From Myxococcota bacterium (GTDB lineage: Bacteria; Myxococcota_A; Polyangia; Polyangiales; Houyiibacteriaceae), in the NCBI GenBank assembly GCA_039030515.1, contig JBCCEA010000001.1, positions 128,001-192,000 of the forward strand: a stretch of 64,000 nt of DNA, given 5' to 3'. The notes under the pieces are model-generated. The model worked only from the letters and a program-made list of their open reading frames with translations, was not told the origin of the DNA and searched no databases. How positions within the stretch are numbered: the first letter of the stretch is position 1; the number at the start of each line of letters is the position of its first letter. Below are positions 20,901 to 37,143 of the stretch, piece after piece. The position numbers were made by a program, and so were the translations under genes.

Positions 20901-21916
20901 GCTCCCTCGTCGCGAAGTTCACCTCCAGAGCCGGTGGCCGCGCCTGGGTAGGGGGCGACTGCAGTCGGATGATTGTGGGTCTCTACCTTCGCTATCAGGT
21001 GTTGTGGCTCCAAGCGGTGCGTATAGACGTGGGTCGCCGGGTCTGGGTAAAAGCGGCGTACTGCTGTTCCCTCCAAAACCGCTGCGTTGTCTGCATACGC
21101 GGTGAGAAGACCTTCCGGAGCGACTGCGGAAGTGTGACGTATCATCTCAAATAGGGTGTTTGGTAGTGTTTCCCCGTCTACAACAAACGCTGCATTGAAG
21201 GTCTTGTGCCGGCAGTGCTCGCTATTGGCTTGAGCGAACATCATTAGTTCGACATCGCTTGGGTCTCGGCCGATTTCGGCAAACGCGCTCTGCAGATACT
21301 CGAGCTCCTCCGGTGAGAGCGCCAGACCCATCTCTCGATCGGCGTTTCGTAGCGCATCTCGATCACAAGCGACTCGATGCAGGTCGCCATGCTGTTTTTG
21401 CACCTGACTAGAAAAAATCTGCCTCGCGTGTTCTACTGTTGGCAGTACTTCTTGGGTCATTCGGTCGTACAGGACCTTTGCGATCGTCGAGGGGGCTCTG
21501 ACCCTGCCGCGTGCCACGTAGCGCGCGAGCCGCTCGATCCGGCGTACCTTGGCAAGGCCCGCAATGTGCAGGATTTCGGTGGCTTTGGAAGACCAGGGCG
21601 AGATCGTTCCAATTCGCGGCGACACGATCCAGCATTGGTTAAAGGCCCCCTCGAACGCATCTTCGTAGCCCGAGTCGATCTGGGTCGAGCGTTCATGCTC
21701 TCGATCAGTGCGACTCAGCTGATCGTGGTCCGGTCCATAATCGAGCAGACTGGCCAGCCGGCGTGTTTCGTCCTCGGTGAGAGGCGCAACCAAGTCGACC
21801 ACGTGAATGAAGTGCCCGAAGAGGGCCACAAGATCGGGATTGTCTGCCTGCAGTGCCCGCAGTAGCGCATCCCGTCTCGATGCGGAGAATACGCTCGGGC
21901 CGTCCAAAACCAGCAT
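17933..21916 (-). CDS. purL: Phosphoribosylformylglycinamidine synthase, large single-chain form
   Basis: [43 protein letters not shown]. Confidence 0.97.
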   Translation of the reverse strand: MLVLDGPSVFSASRRDALLRALQADNPDLVALFGHFIHVVDLVAPLTEDETRRLASLLDYGPDHDQLSRTDREHERSTQIDSGYEDAFEGAFNQCWIVSPRIGTISPWSSKATEILHIAGLAKVRRIERLARYVARGRVRAPSTIAKVLYDRMTQEVLPTVEHARQIFSSQVQKQHGDLHRVACDRDALRNADREMGLALSPEELEYLQSAFAEIGRDPSDVELMMFAQANSEHCRHKTFNAAFVVDGETLPNTLFEMIRHTSAVAPEGLLTAYADNAAVLEGTAVRRFYPDPATHVYTHRLEPQHLIAKVETHNHPTAVAPYPGAATGSGGELRDEGATGRGGKPKAGLTGFMVSNLDLPGAQRPWESRYGAPDRIASALEIMLSAPLGAADFNNEFGRPSLTGFFRTFELNVQEQERVQRRGYHKPVMIAGGLGTIREPCAKKAIFEPETLVVVLGGPAMRIGLGGGSASSVASGSLTAELDFASVQRGNPEMQRRCQEVIDRCAALGEASPIASIHDVGAGGLSNALPELVHDAGRGAEIRLKSIPNADFSMNALELWCNEAQERYVLAIAERGLATFDAICRRERAPYAVVGRATRTETLRLEGDAESELPVDLPLSVVFGNPPKLRIEDRRIRSSAKPFDAERLDLAEALRRVLLLPTVADKSFLVTICDRSVGGLTVRGPMVGRMQVPVADVAVTAASFSDLHGEAMAIGERPPIALVDAPASARMAVGEALLNLWAAPVRSISDIRLSANWMAASGHPGENARLYDAVKAIGMELCPELHIAIPVGKDSMSMRTVWQEQGHTRSVVAPLSLVVTAFAPVTDIRRVTTPELNTETPETALWLFDLGAQKNRLGGSALAQVFGEVGAAAPDIDSPDLLRRTLQCIRELQEQGLILAYHDRSDGGMIVAALEMAFAGATGVTIEMDQLAETTLAPLFSEELGALAQIADEAAAGVILNKHGVEHAACRVGRVRSDRQFVVARGAQTLYSASLEELRSLWSDTSFQIQSIRDEPRCAREEQSYRCDFDRRGLFVDARFEREITAPSVHRGKRPRVAILREQGVNGHIEMAAAFDRAGFESVDVHMTEILSGRSLNDFEGIAACGGFSYGDVLGAGLGWAKSILFHAEARRTFESFFKRKTTFTLGVCNGCQMLAGLKTLIEGAEDWPSLKPNRSGRFEGRTSMVRISKSPSVLLQSMEDACLPVAVAHGEGRVHFGGDADRMRFQNRGLIAARYIDDDGSPTERYPCNPNGSPGGITAWSTPDGRVTVMMPHPERVFLEFQNSWRSSASEGESQLDVTRDGQVEATSASPWLRLFENARVFVGS

Positions 21917-22016
21917 GGCCCGAGGATGTCGCGTTGAAGATCGCCGGGAAAGTCGATTTTGACCGAGTTGTTTCCGACACTCCTCGAGCGTTGAAATCTA
22001 TGCTACGCCAAGCTCC

Positions 22017-23384
22017 ATGCCGCCTGTCCGTATTTCTCTATTCTTGCGCACCGAGAAACTGAACTCTTTAGCCGTTTCTATCGCTATCTCGCTTTGCTTG
22101 ATTGCCCTCCAGGGTTGTGGCGATGACGCATCCGGCGCGTCTGATTCAAACTACGACGCATCGGCGGAGACCCAGAGCGGGTTTCCTAGCGAGGTCGCGG
22201 CTATCCTGGCGGAGCAGTGCGTGAATTGTCACGGCTCAGAGCCTCGATTTGGCGCGCCGATGTCTTTGGTGACCTGGAACGACTTTCACGCGCCCAGCAT
22301 ATCCAAACCAAATCGAAAAACCTTCGAAGTGGTGATGGATCGCCTCCGTTCTCCAGTCAGCCCGATGCCGCCCCCGCCTGCGGTGCTCGAAGAGAGCGAG
22401 CTTGCAACCCTTGAAACTTGGATACAGGAGGGTGCCCCGGCGGGCAGCGCTCTACCCGGCCCTGCCTACCGAGGTTCGGGGCTACAAGACCTGAGCTGTG
22501 AGGTGACCAGTATGCTCACGGCACACGCGCAAGACATGGAGACTGAGCCGTTCCATGTGCCGGTCGACGCGGGCAATCGTTATGTATGTTTTGCTTTCTC
22601 GCCAGACGACGTGGACGGCGAAGTGCTTCGCGGGGTTGCCCCGATCATCGATGACGACCGCGTTCTGCATCACATGTTTCTGCGTTTACAGCCGGTCCCA
22701 GACCGTCAGCCAGGTGACGTCTGGAATTGTAACGGAATCGATGGGTTGCTCACCGGGGATATCCTTTACGGATGGGCACCTGGAAGCGGCAACGTAGAGT
22801 ATCCGGGGGAGCTGGTGATGCCGCTTACGGATCCGTCCGGCGAAGATCTACTCGTTCTCGAAGTACACTACTGGAACGTCGCCCGGTATGAAGATGCGTT
22901 CGATGCTTCAGGAATGGCTCTGTGCACCGGCCCGAAGGAGTCGAGTCAGCAGATCATCGAAACCGTAACGCTGGGTCATATTGCGATCGATCTGCCTCCC
23001 CGCTCAACGACCACCGTCACCAACAATTGCGTTCCGTACCTGGCGCAGGATAAGTCGGTTCAGATCCTAAGCACCACGCCGCATATGCATGAACTCGGTA
23101 GCTCGATATCCACCGTGATTCATCGTGCGTCGGGTGAAGTGGAAACGCTTGTCTCGATCGATCGATGGGACTTCAACTCCCAGGCGCAGTACCCGGTTCG
23201 GATCGATCCCATCCGCACGGGAGACTCATTGCGTACGACATGCACGTTTTCCAATACCACCGACCGCACGGTGACCTTTGGTGAAAAAACGGAAGACGAA
23301 ATGTGCTTCAACTTCCTCAGTGTAACACCGGTCGATCTACTCGCGGCAGGGTTGTTCCGCGGCGCCGGGATTTGCATCCAGTAA
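22017..23384 (+). CDS. Lipoprotein with c-type heme motif fused to a copper type II monooxygenase (PHM/DBH)-like domain
   Basis: Lipobox LQGC; CVNCH; VLHHM, PHMH and DEMC copper-ligand pattern. Confidence 0.8.
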   Translation: MPPVRISLFLRTEKLNSLAVSIAISLCLIALQGCGDDASGASDSNYDASAETQSGFPSEVAAILAEQCVNCHGSEPRFGAPMSLVTWNDFHAPSISKPNRKTFEVVMDRLRSPVSPMPPPPAVLEESELATLETWIQEGAPAGSALPGPAYRGSGLQDLSCEVTSMLTAHAQDMETEPFHVPVDAGNRYVCFAFSPDDVDGEVLRGVAPIIDDDRVLHHMFLRLQPVPDRQPGDVWNCNGIDGLLTGDILYGWAPGSGNVEYPGELVMPLTDPSGEDLLVLEVHYWNVARYEDAFDASGMALCTGPKESSQQIIETVTLGHIAIDLPPRSTTTVTNNCVPYLAQDKSVQILSTTPHMHELGSSISTVIHRASGEVETLVSIDRWDFNSQAQYPVRIDPIRTGDSLRTTCTFSNTTDRTVTFGEKTEDEMCFNFLSVTPVDLLAAGLFRGAGICIQ

Positions 23385-23468
23385 GCAATGTGTCCAGTAA
23401 ATGCCGTATCCAGCAGCCACCGGCACGTAGCCCGCGCCGGTGGCTGCGTCACTCGAAGCGCGCCCAGT

Positions 23469-24563
23469 TCAGAGTGCCGGTATAGACCGGAGCAAACGTG
23501 CGCCGACGATCCACCCCAGGCTTGAGGAAAGCTCAGTTCCGGGCGTTGAAGCAAAGTCGAACGTGCGTCTCAAAAGCGAACCAAAGCGGACCTCGACTGC
23601 CAAGTCAAAAGGCAGCGGATAGCGATACCCCGCACTCAGCTCGATCGCGTTTCGATAGAGGGCGCTCTGTGACTCTTCGAGATATGCGCGACTGCGCTGC
23701 CAATAAAGGCCTCCAAATACTTCGCCGCGCTTTCCGAGCAGCACCTGCATCTCGGTGGTTTGAGGCAGTCGAATATGTACGCGTAGAGTGGGCGCGGGGC
23801 GCCAGTCCAGTCCTAGCGCCGGAAGTGGAAGATAGCCTCGAGGTAAAGGTAGGACGACGACTCCGAATCGGCCGGAGACATCCGCATGGAGTCTGGCGGC
23901 GGCTCCCACGTATCCCACAAACAATAGAGCACGGCGGTCGTACTGCTTCATGGTTCCCGAATAGGCGAATAGCGGAGTCCCTTTGAGCGACCAACGCTGG
24001 GTAAGCCTAAGCGAAAGCGGCAATCCAAAACTGATTCGGTGCAGATCGAGGCGTCGATCGACAAGGGGTACCCCGTCGAAGCGCTCGAACTGATAGCCAA
24101 AAACGGCGGTGACTGCGTGCGTCGGGCCGGCGACCACAGGTAGACCGATACCCAGTTGCGTTCGGTGACGGGTGATCCTTCGATTTCTCGATCTCTCCGG
24201 GTCGGCGGAATTGTTCTTATCGATCCTGCCCTGACTCCAGTCGTAACTCGCGATCGTGCTGCGTCGGTGCATGGGATTTCGAGGCGTCTCACGGGCGCCA
24301 GTCGCGGTGATCTGATTTGAGAGACTCGGCGCGTCTCGATGTTCAGCGCTGGACGTGATGGTGTCGCTGAGGGAGGGGCGCTTGCTATTGATTTCGTCGA
24401 CAGACCGGTTTGAATCCTCCTCCGAAAGAGCAGCGGTGTCGGCGCATGCGACCGAGCAATTCGCGAGAGTTGTCAGCGCTGCTGTGAGGTTCAGTAAGGC
24501 GATCTGTATCGTTGAGAAGCGCGTGCGATGAGGGGAAGCGCGCGACGAATTAGGGTCCTGCAC
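23469..24563 (-). CDS. Putative outer-membrane beta-barrel protein (DUF6268-like)
   Basis: Signal-like N-terminus, alternating beta-strand pattern, LPLPALGLDW. Confidence 0.55.
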   Translation of the reverse strand: MQDPNSSRASPHRTRFSTIQIALLNLTAALTTLANCSVACADTAALSEEDSNRSVDEINSKRPSLSDTITSSAEHRDAPSLSNQITATGARETPRNPMHRRSTIASYDWSQGRIDKNNSADPERSRNRRITRHRTQLGIGLPVVAGPTHAVTAVFGYQFERFDGVPLVDRRLDLHRISFGLPLSLRLTQRWSLKGTPLFAYSGTMKQYDRRALLFVGYVGAAARLHADVSGRFGVVVLPLPRGYLPLPALGLDWRPAPTLRVHIRLPQTTEMQVLLGKRGEVFGGLYWQRSRAYLEESQSALYRNAIELSAGYRYPLPFDLAVEVRFGSLLRRTFDFASTPGTELSSSLGWIVGARLLRSIPAL

Positions 24564-24689
24564 AGGCTGCAGCTTAGGACGATCCTTGACGGCACACCCT
24601 GAAACTGAAGCGTATTCTTCCGGCGCTTGTCGAACGGGTGGTCTTTTGAACCCCCTTCGGATAAACCGCTCTCAAAAGCGGAGTAAGCG

Positions 24690-26129
24690 ATGAAGACGAT
24701 TGAAACAGAGGTGGCGATCATCGGGGCCGGAACGTCTGGGCTTAATGCACGACGGGAGGTTGAGAAGTCGGGGAAACGCTGGTTGCTTATCGAGTCGGGT
24801 CCCTACGGGACGACGTGCGCTCGGGTTGGGTGCATGCCCTCCAAGCTCCTGATCGCGGCTGCGGATGCGGCGCACGGCATCCATCAAGCAGCGCGTTTCG
24901 GCATCAAGGTGGATCCCGCGGCGGTCGAAATCGACGGTTCGGCGGTACTCGAGCGGGTTCGACGCGAACGGGATCGATTTGTCGGCTTTGTGGTCCAGTC
25001 CACCGAAGATCTCGATCCGCAGTTTCGGATTCGAGGTCGCGCTCGGTTTGCCGGTCCGACCACACTTCACATCGACGATCACACCGAGGTCAGGGCGAGC
25101 TCGGTCGTCATCGCGACGGGGTCGAGTCCGTGGATTCCTCCACAGCTCGAGCCGATTCGAGATCAGCTGCTCGTCAATGACGACGTATTCGAGTGGACTA
25201 AGCTGCCGAGCTCGATCGCGGTTTTCGGGACAGGGATCATCGGTCTCGAACTCGGACAGGCACTCATGCGCCTCGGGGTGCGCACGACCTTCTTCAATCC
25301 GTACGAGACCCTCGGTCCGTTTTCCGATCCCAAAGTCGCCGAGGCTGCACGCCGGACTTTGGGAGAGGATTTAGACTTACAGCTCGGCACCGAACCGATC
25401 GAGGTGAAGCGAGATGGCGATGAGTTCTCGCTCAGGTACCGCCGGAAAGACGGCACAGAAGAGCAAGCTCGATTTGAGCAGATCCTGGTAGCGGCGGGGC
25501 GGCGTCCCAACCTTGCCGGATTGGGGCTTGAAACCACCGGTCTCGCACTCGATAAGAAGGGTCAGCCACAATGGAATCCCTACACCACGCAGTGTGGAGA
25601 TAGGCCTATTTTCCTGGCGGGAGACGTGAGTGGTCATCGCCCACTGCTCCATGAGGCCGGTGATGAAGGACGCATCGCCGGATCGAATGCGGTTCGGTAT
25701 CCTAACGTGGTCGCCCACACCCGGCGCACACCGCTTGCGATCGCGTTTACCGAGCCCCAAATGGCGATGGTGGGCAAAAGCTATCGCGAGCTCGACCCAA
25801 GTTCGATAGCGATCGGTGAAGTCTCCTATGAAGACCAGGGCCGAGCTCGGGTTATGGGCCAGAATCGTGGTTTCGCGCGGATTTATGCGGATCCAGTCAA
25901 TTGCGTGTTGCTCGGTGCAGAAATGTTTGGCCCCAGAGTGGAGCATACCTCACACCTTCTTGCATGGGCGGTTCAACAGCGACTGCGAGTGCACGATGCG
26001 CTTTCGATGCCCTTTTACCACCCGGTGATCGAAGAGGGCATTCGCACTCTGCTTCGTAGTCTGGCCGAGAGTCTTCAGATTCGAGGAGGGTGCCCGCCCG
26101 AACATGAAGCGGAGTCGGCCGGAATGTGA
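24690..26129 (+). CDS. Dihydrolipoyl dehydrogenase-family flavoprotein
   Basis: IIGAGTSG, GTTCARVGCMPSK redox disulfide, FYHPVIEE. Confidence 0.9.
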   Translation: MKTIETEVAIIGAGTSGLNARREVEKSGKRWLLIESGPYGTTCARVGCMPSKLLIAAADAAHGIHQAARFGIKVDPAAVEIDGSAVLERVRRERDRFVGFVVQSTEDLDPQFRIRGRARFAGPTTLHIDDHTEVRASSVVIATGSSPWIPPQLEPIRDQLLVNDDVFEWTKLPSSIAVFGTGIIGLELGQALMRLGVRTTFFNPYETLGPFSDPKVAEAARRTLGEDLDLQLGTEPIEVKRDGDEFSLRYRRKDGTEEQARFEQILVAAGRRPNLAGLGLETTGLALDKKGQPQWNPYTTQCGDRPIFLAGDVSGHRPLLHEAGDEGRIAGSNAVRYPNVVAHTRRTPLAIAFTEPQMAMVGKSYRELDPSSIAIGEVSYEDQGRARVMGQNRGFARIYADPVNCVLLGAEMFGPRVEHTSHLLAWAVQQRLRVHDALSMPFYHPVIEEGIRTLLRSLAESLQIRGGCPPEHEAESAGM

Positions 26130-26270
26130 TTTGACTTGCACTGCGCAAACCAGGCATCGCTGGTCGATGGCAGACCCGAGGCCGACAACGCGTTCGGCAG
26201 GTTTGGCTGCTTCGGACGCTCCGACACTGCTTTTCGAGTGCTCGACCGAGCAAGATGCTAGGTTTCGCCG

Positions 26271-27149
26271 ATGAGCAGTGTTTTGATTACCGGCGGAAAC
26301 TCCGGCATCGGTAAGGCGACCGCGCTGGCCTTGGCGCAAAAGGGCTGGAACGTGATCCTCACGGCGCGCGATCGTCAGCGCGGGGAGGCAGCGGCTCGTG
26401 ACATCGGCGACGCCACCGGACGGCAGGTCGAGGTGGTCGACCTCGATCTAAGCTCCCTGCAGTCGGTGAAGCAATGTGCAGAAGCGGTGCAGCGGATGCA
26501 GCCTGCCCTCGACGTTTTGGTGAACAACGCCGGACTGGTGCTCGGTGAGCGGCGCGTGAGCGTCGACGGGATGGAGATGACCTTCGCGGTGAATCACGTC
26601 GGCCACTTTTTTCTCACCCATCTCTTGCTCGACTCCCTGCGGCAGGCCGCGGCGGAGCGGGGCGAAGCTCGCATCGTCAATGTTTCATCGGATGCACATC
26701 GCAGGGTGTCTTCGCTTTCTTTTGATGATCTGATGGCCGAGCGGCACTACGACGGTTTCGAAGTCTATTCCCGCTCCAAGCTCGCAAATGTGCTTTTCTC
26801 CAGTGAGCTCGCCCGGCGCTTGGCAGGTACTTCGATCACCTCAAATGCACTGCATCCCGGCGTTGTGGCGACTCGCTTTGCCCAAGATGGAGACTCCAAA
26901 GGGCTCATCGCACTCTTCTTTCACCTTTTTGCACCACTGCTGCGCTCCTCAAAAAAAGGGGCTGAATCGAGCATCTTCTTATCTGCAGATCCCTCCGTTC
27001 GCGGGACGAGCGGAGGCTACTTTTTCAACAGCAAGAAAAAGCGACCCTCCAAGGCCGCGCGAGAAGGGGAGGCGGCACGCCGACTCTGGGAACAAACCGA
27101 GCAGCTGATCTTTGCGCGACTTGGTGCAGACTCCATGCAGCGGCTGTAG
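26271..27149 (+). CDS. SDR oxidoreductase (retinol dehydrogenase-like)
   Basis: TGGNSGIG, NNAG, YSRSK, LHPGVVAT. Confidence 0.93.
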   Translation: MSSVLITGGNSGIGKATALALAQKGWNVILTARDRQRGEAAARDIGDATGRQVEVVDLDLSSLQSVKQCAEAVQRMQPALDVLVNNAGLVLGERRVSVDGMEMTFAVNHVGHFFLTHLLLDSLRQAAAERGEARIVNVSSDAHRRVSSLSFDDLMAERHYDGFEVYSRSKLANVLFSSELARRLAGTSITSNALHPGVVATRFAQDGDSKGLIALFFHLFAPLLRSSKKGAESSIFLSADPSVRGTSGGYFFNSKKKRPSKAAREGEAARRLWEQTEQLIFARLGADSMQRL

Positions 27150-27157
27150 GTACACGC

Positions 27158-27198
27158 CGCAGTTTTGAATCGCTGTTCTCGCAGTTTTGAATCGCTGT
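27158..27198. repeat. Direct repeat, 19 bp x2 with 22-bp period
   Basis: CGCAGTTTTGAATCGCTGT at 27158 and 27180. Confidence 0.9.
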
Positions 27199-27282
27199 GC
27201 CCCTAGCGAAATCGCGTCACGCCCCAGAAAAAAGCCGAAACGTTGCCGTCGATCTCGTCGCCAGCAAAAATCGCACAGGCGC

Positions 27283-27311
27283 TTGACACAGATTCCCGGG
27301 AGGCTAACTAT
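27283..27311 (+). promoter_or_regulatory. tRNA promoter
   Basis: TTGACA (27283), 17 bp, AACTAT, then a GC-rich discriminator just before the tRNA. Confidence 0.7.
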
Positions 27312-27321
27312 TCGCCCCCAT

Positions 27322-27438
<117 letters not shown>

Positions 27439-27627
27439 GGACCCTCGTCGGCATCGCCGGCGGGGGTCTTGTCGGTTCTGCCCTGCTGGCACGGGTTTGC
27501 GGGTGGTGCTCCCTCGCCGGGTGTGCTCTCTGCTCCGGCGGCGCCAGAGTACCTCGCCTCGTCGCTCGACCCCGAAGGGTGCTCTCGGAGTGCTCTGGGG
27601 CCTCAGAGACGCCTCCAGACGCCGAAG

Positions 27628-27662
<35 letters not shown>

Positions 27663-27771
27663 GTGAGAGTGGGACAGCCGGCGCCCGGAATTCTGCTCCG
27701 TCTCGACACCCAGACCACGGTCGACGACAACAGAACCAGGCCGATGATGGAGCGGTCGTAGACGCGAGGAC

Positions 27772-28224
27772 ATGGTGAGCCACACAGACCAACTCGAGCT
27801 TCGAATCGACGTCGGGCCAATGCCGGCGGTGTGGTGCACCGACCCGGCGGCGCTCAGCCTCGGGCTGCAGTCCGGGCGCGACGACATCGTCCATGGAACT
27901 GCGCTCGAACACGGCATGCGCTTCGAGGTCTCTGTCAGCGTCAAGCAAGGTCGTGCCGGCGACCCCGACTTCACCGGTCCCCTCGTTCATGGGCGCCCCG
28001 GCGAGCGCTTCCTCTACCTCTCGTGGGGACACGTCACGGCCGACACCGAGCACGACATGTTCCGGCGACTCAAGCTCTACCTCAGCCCGGTGTCCCGCAA
28101 GGACTGGTCGTCGCCCGGCGTCACGTGGGCGCAGGTCAAGCGCGGCTCGATCGCAGCTTCCGTCAGCGGCTCGGGGCCCGACGGGACGCCCCACTGCGGT
28201 ACGGCAGAGGTGCGCTGGACGTAG
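27772..28224 (+). CDS. DUF5990-like hypothetical protein
   Basis: GPLVHGRPGERFLYLSWG, MFRRLKL, GTPHCGT. Confidence 0.7.
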   Translation: MVSHTDQLELRIDVGPMPAVWCTDPAALSLGLQSGRDDIVHGTALEHGMRFEVSVSVKQGRAGDPDFTGPLVHGRPGERFLYLSWGHVTADTEHDMFRRLKLYLSPVSRKDWSSPGVTWAQVKRGSIAASVSGSGPDGTPHCGTAEVRWT

Positions 28225-28250
28225 CCCCTGCGCTCGTTCCGCTTCTTGCC

Positions 28251-28282
28251 TTGACTCTGTAGTGTACTACAGGGTTTAGACT
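28251..28282 (+). promoter_or_regulatory. MerR-type promoter/operator
   Basis: TTGACT, 20-bp spacer, TAGACT; perfect dyad CTGTAGT-GT-ACTACAG (28257-28272) in the spacer. Confidence 0.9.
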
Positions 28283-28303
28283 TGGGCTGAGGAGGTCGGA
28301 ACG

Positions 28304-29835
<1,532 letters not shown>

Positions 29836-29857
29836 CCCTGCGGCGTCGAAGGGTGTC

Positions 29858-32067
29858 TTACCGTCGCAAAAGCCTCAGCGCGTTGGCGACCACCAAGAGT
29901 GACGCGCCCATGTCGGCCGCCACGGCTCCCCACAACGTGGCGATACCGGCGAAAGTCAACACGACGAAAACAACCTTGATGCCCAGCGCGAGGACGGTGT
30001 TCCACCGGATCACCGACAGGGTCGCGTGTGAGTGCTCCACGAGCCAAGCCAGTTTGGACAGGTCGTCGCTCATCAACGCGATGTCGGCTGTCTCGATGGC
30101 GACGTCCGTTCCTGCCGCGCCCATCGCGACGCCCAGCGTCGCTCGCGCCAGCGCGGGCGCGTCGTTGACGCCATCGCCAATCATCGCGACGGGACCGACC
30201 TCGCGCTCGAGCCGTTCGACAGCCGACACCTTGTCCTCGGGCAGCAGCTCCGAGTGGACCTCGTCGACGCCAACTTGTGCGCCCACGGCGGACGCTGTGG
30301 CAGCGTTGTCACCGGTCAACATGACGACGGAGCGCACGCCGGCGGTGCGCAGCGCAGCCAAGGCGGCGCTCGACTCTGGCCGAACCTCGTCCGCGACCGC
30401 GATCAAGCCACAGACGTGATCTTCGTTGCCCACAACGACGACCGAGCGCCCCGCTGAGGACAACGCCTCCAGTCGCTCGTGGTGCTCTGGCTCTTCCTGT
30501 CCACGCTCCTCGAGCCACCGATGGGACCCCAGCCAGAAGGCTCGCCCGTCGATGTGGCCCTGGACGCCCTTGCCATGAACGGCGGTCACATCGGTGGCTG
30601 GCAGCGCATCGACACCGGCCTGTTCCGCTCTGCGCAAAATCGCCGCGGCGATGGGGTGGGTGGACATCCGTTCGAGCGCGGCGGCCCGGCCCAGCAGCGC
30701 GTTCTCGTCGTGCTCGGCCAGCGGCACAACATCCACCACGCTGGGGCGTCCGAAGGTCAGTGTTCCCGTCTTGTCGAGCGCGACGACCGCGAGCTTCGCT
30801 GGAAGTTCGGCGACTCGCCCTCCCTTGAGCAGAACACCATGCCGCGCGGACGCCGCCAGCGAAGCGACGATCGCCACAGGGGTCGAGATGACGAGCGCAC
30901 ACGGGCAACCGATGACCAGCAGCACGAGCGCGCGATACGTCCAATCCGACCATTCGCCACCAAAGAGAAGCGGAGGCACGAGCGCGACCAGCAGAGCGCT
31001 GGCGAAGATCAACGGGGTGTAGATCCGTGCGAAGCGCTCGACAAACCGCTCGGAGGCGGAACGATTCGCCTGGCTGTCGGCGACCTGCCTCACGATCCGC
31101 GCGAGCGTCGTCTCCCCAGCCGCTTGGGTCGAGATCACCTCAATGGCGCCCGAGCCGTTGATGGTGCCAGCGAAGACCTGGTCACCTGGTTCTTTCTCGA
31201 CGGGCACCGACTCCCCGGTGATGGGCGCCTGGTCGACCTCGGTTCGCCCGGACTCCACGCGACCGTCGAGGCCAATGCGTTCGCCCGGAAGGACCGTGAA
31301 GACCGTCCCTACCGCGACCTCGGCAGGATCGACTTCACGTTCTTCTCCGCCCTCGCTTCGCACCCGGACGGTGTCTGGGGCGAGGCGCATGAGCGCCTCG
31401 ACTGCCCGGCGAGCACGGCCGACACTCCACGCTTCGAGCGCCAGGGACAGGGCGAAGAGTGACGACACCGTCGCGGCCTCGAACCACTCGCCGATCGCGA
31501 TAGCGCCAGCCACCGCGATGGTCATGAGCAGGTTCATGTCTGGCCGCACCGAGCGCAGCGCGTACCACGCCTTGGGCAGCACGACCCAAAGCCCGGCGGC
31601 GACTGCGATGAGGTAGACAGCCTGGGCGACCCAGGGTACGGCGTGAGCGAGGCCGGCGCCTTCAGAACCAATCGCGGCCGTCGCGCCCTCGAGAGCGGCG
31701 TGGATCGAGAAGCCGCCAATGGTGGCGGCGATGCTGACCACCACGAGCCCCTCTCGACGGCCGAAGCGGCCTTTGGAGGCATCTGGTGCGCGATCGTTGG
31801 TCCAGGGCTCGGCCCGCATGCCGGTCGCGGCGACCGCGTCCATCACCGCCGCGCAGTCGACGGGAACGCGCGCCGTCATCCGACCCGTGAGCACGTCGAA
31901 GGTCAACGCCTCTTCAGGGACCAGGCCGGCCAGTGCGCGCTTGAGGACTGCTACCTCTTCGGCGCAGTCCATCCCATGGATCTTGAAGGATGTGCCGCCG
32001 TCGGTTTGTGCGACCGACGACGTGGACGCGTCGACCTCACATGATGAGCATCTGTCCTTCTGATCGC

Positions 32068-32071
<4 letters not shown>
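29858..32071 (-). CDS. Heavy-metal P1B-type ATPase (CadA/ZntA-like)
   Basis: TGES, CPCALVIS, DKTGTLT, HP, GDGVNDAP; N-terminal CSSC and GMDCAEE. Confidence 0.95.
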
Positions 32072-35855
<3,784 letters not shown>

Positions 35856-35865
35856 ACTCGTCTCC

Positions 35866-37143
35866 TCAGTGCGCGTGGCCGTGGCCGAGCTCGCCACGCA
35901 TCAGCTCGGACTTGAGGATGAACGCCCCTTCCACGACGATCCGAGCTCCCGGCTCGAGCCCTGCGAGCACCTCGACTTGCCGCGTGTTCTCCCGACCAGT
36001 CGTCACGGGATGTGCCGCAAACTCGCCATCTTCATCGCCGGGCACGAAGACCACCGTCCGGTTGTCCAGTGTCTGAACTGCTGACAGCGGCACGACCACC
36101 GATGTCCTGGTTGGCTGACCCGACGCCAGGCGGAGCGAACCGAAGAGGCCGGGACGCAGCAGGCCGTCGGGGTTGTCGATCTCCACACGGATGGGCAGGG
36201 TGCGCGTCGACTCGTCCAGCGTCGCGCCTACGAAGTCGACGGTCCCCGTCCAGTTGCGGCCCGGATAGGCGTTTAGCGTGAGGGTCGCGTTCATGCCTGA
36301 TGCGACCTGGGCGACCTGTTGCTCGTACACCCGGCCGATGACCCACACCCTCGAGAGGTCGGCCACGATGAAGAGCGTGTCGTCGGGCGACACGTTCTCA
36401 CCCCGCGTCGCGTGTCTCTCAACCACGACTCCAGCGATGGGGCTCTCGAGCGTCATGTCGGGCCCACTGCCGCCACGGAGCCCGAATACCCGGAGCCGAG
36501 AACGGGCCGCATCCCGCTCCGCGTCGGCCTGCTCGTAGGCCAGCTCCGCCTCGAGCAGGCTGCGTTCTGAGCTGATGCCCTCCTCGCGGAGGCGCCGCTG
36601 ACGATCCCTGTTCTGCTCCGCCACGTCCCGGAGCGAGGTCGTGCGGCTGAGCTCTGCCCGTGCCTGTCCGAGCTCGACGCTCCTCAGCCGCGCGAGATGG
36701 GTCTCGGCTTCGACCCGGTCGCCCAAGGTGACGTCGACGCTGAGCAGCTGCCCCTCTACGAGTGGGCTGATGTGGGCGACCCGGTCCGGGTTGAGCTGAA
36801 CTTCGGCGGGGACCTCGAGAGCACCGGCGAGTACACCGGCCTCGGCCGTCCCGAGGCGGATGCCGTTCCGACTGAGCGCCTCTGGCGAGATCCGCACGAC
36901 CTGCTCTTCGCCATGTTCATCACCCTGAGTGTGCTCGTCGTGACCCTCCTCACCGTGGTCCTGGTCGTCGTGCGCCTCTTCTTCACTGGCGTGTTCTTCG
37001 TGGCCGTGCTCGTCGGCCTCGTGGTCGTCGTGGCCGGCGTGTTCCTCGTGGGACTCGCCCCCGTGATCGTGACCGTCGGAGTCCTTGCATCCTGGGCCCA
37101 TCGCCAGGACGCAAGTCAGTACGAGCAACGTGGTTCGCTTCAT
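35866..37143 (-). CDS. czcB: CzcB-like RND adaptor, copy 1; lipoprotein with His/Glu-rich N-terminus
   Basis: GPGC lipobox; DGHDHGGESHEEHAGHDDHE...; LRPGLF; C-terminal GHGHAH. Confidence 0.9.
   Translation of the reverse strand: MKRTTLLVLTCVLAMGPGCKDSDGHDHGGESHEEHAGHDDHEADEHGHEEHASEEEAHDDQDHGEEGHDEHTQGDEHGEEQVVRISPEALSRNGIRLGTAEAGVLAGALEVPAEVQLNPDRVAHISPLVEGQLLSVDVTLGDRVEAETHLARLRSVELGQARAELSRTTSLRDVAEQNRDRQRRLREEGISSERSLLEAELAYEQADAERDAARSRLRVFGLRGGSGPDMTLESPIAGVVVERHATRGENVSPDDTLFIVADLSRVWVIGRVYEQQVAQVASGMNATLTLNAYPGRNWTGTVDFVGATLDESTRTLPIRVEIDNPDGLLRPGLFGSLRLASGQPTRTSVVVPLSAVQTLDNRTVVFVPGDEDGEFAAHPVTTGRENTRQVEVLAGLEPGARIVVEGAFILKSELMRGELGHGHAH

Noticed and set aside
24690..26129. Mercuric reductase MerA as partner for the MerT fusion
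   Set aside because: No C-terminal Cys-Cys pair or HMA domain; has the HPxxxE motif of lipoamide dehydrogenases and lies in the backbone
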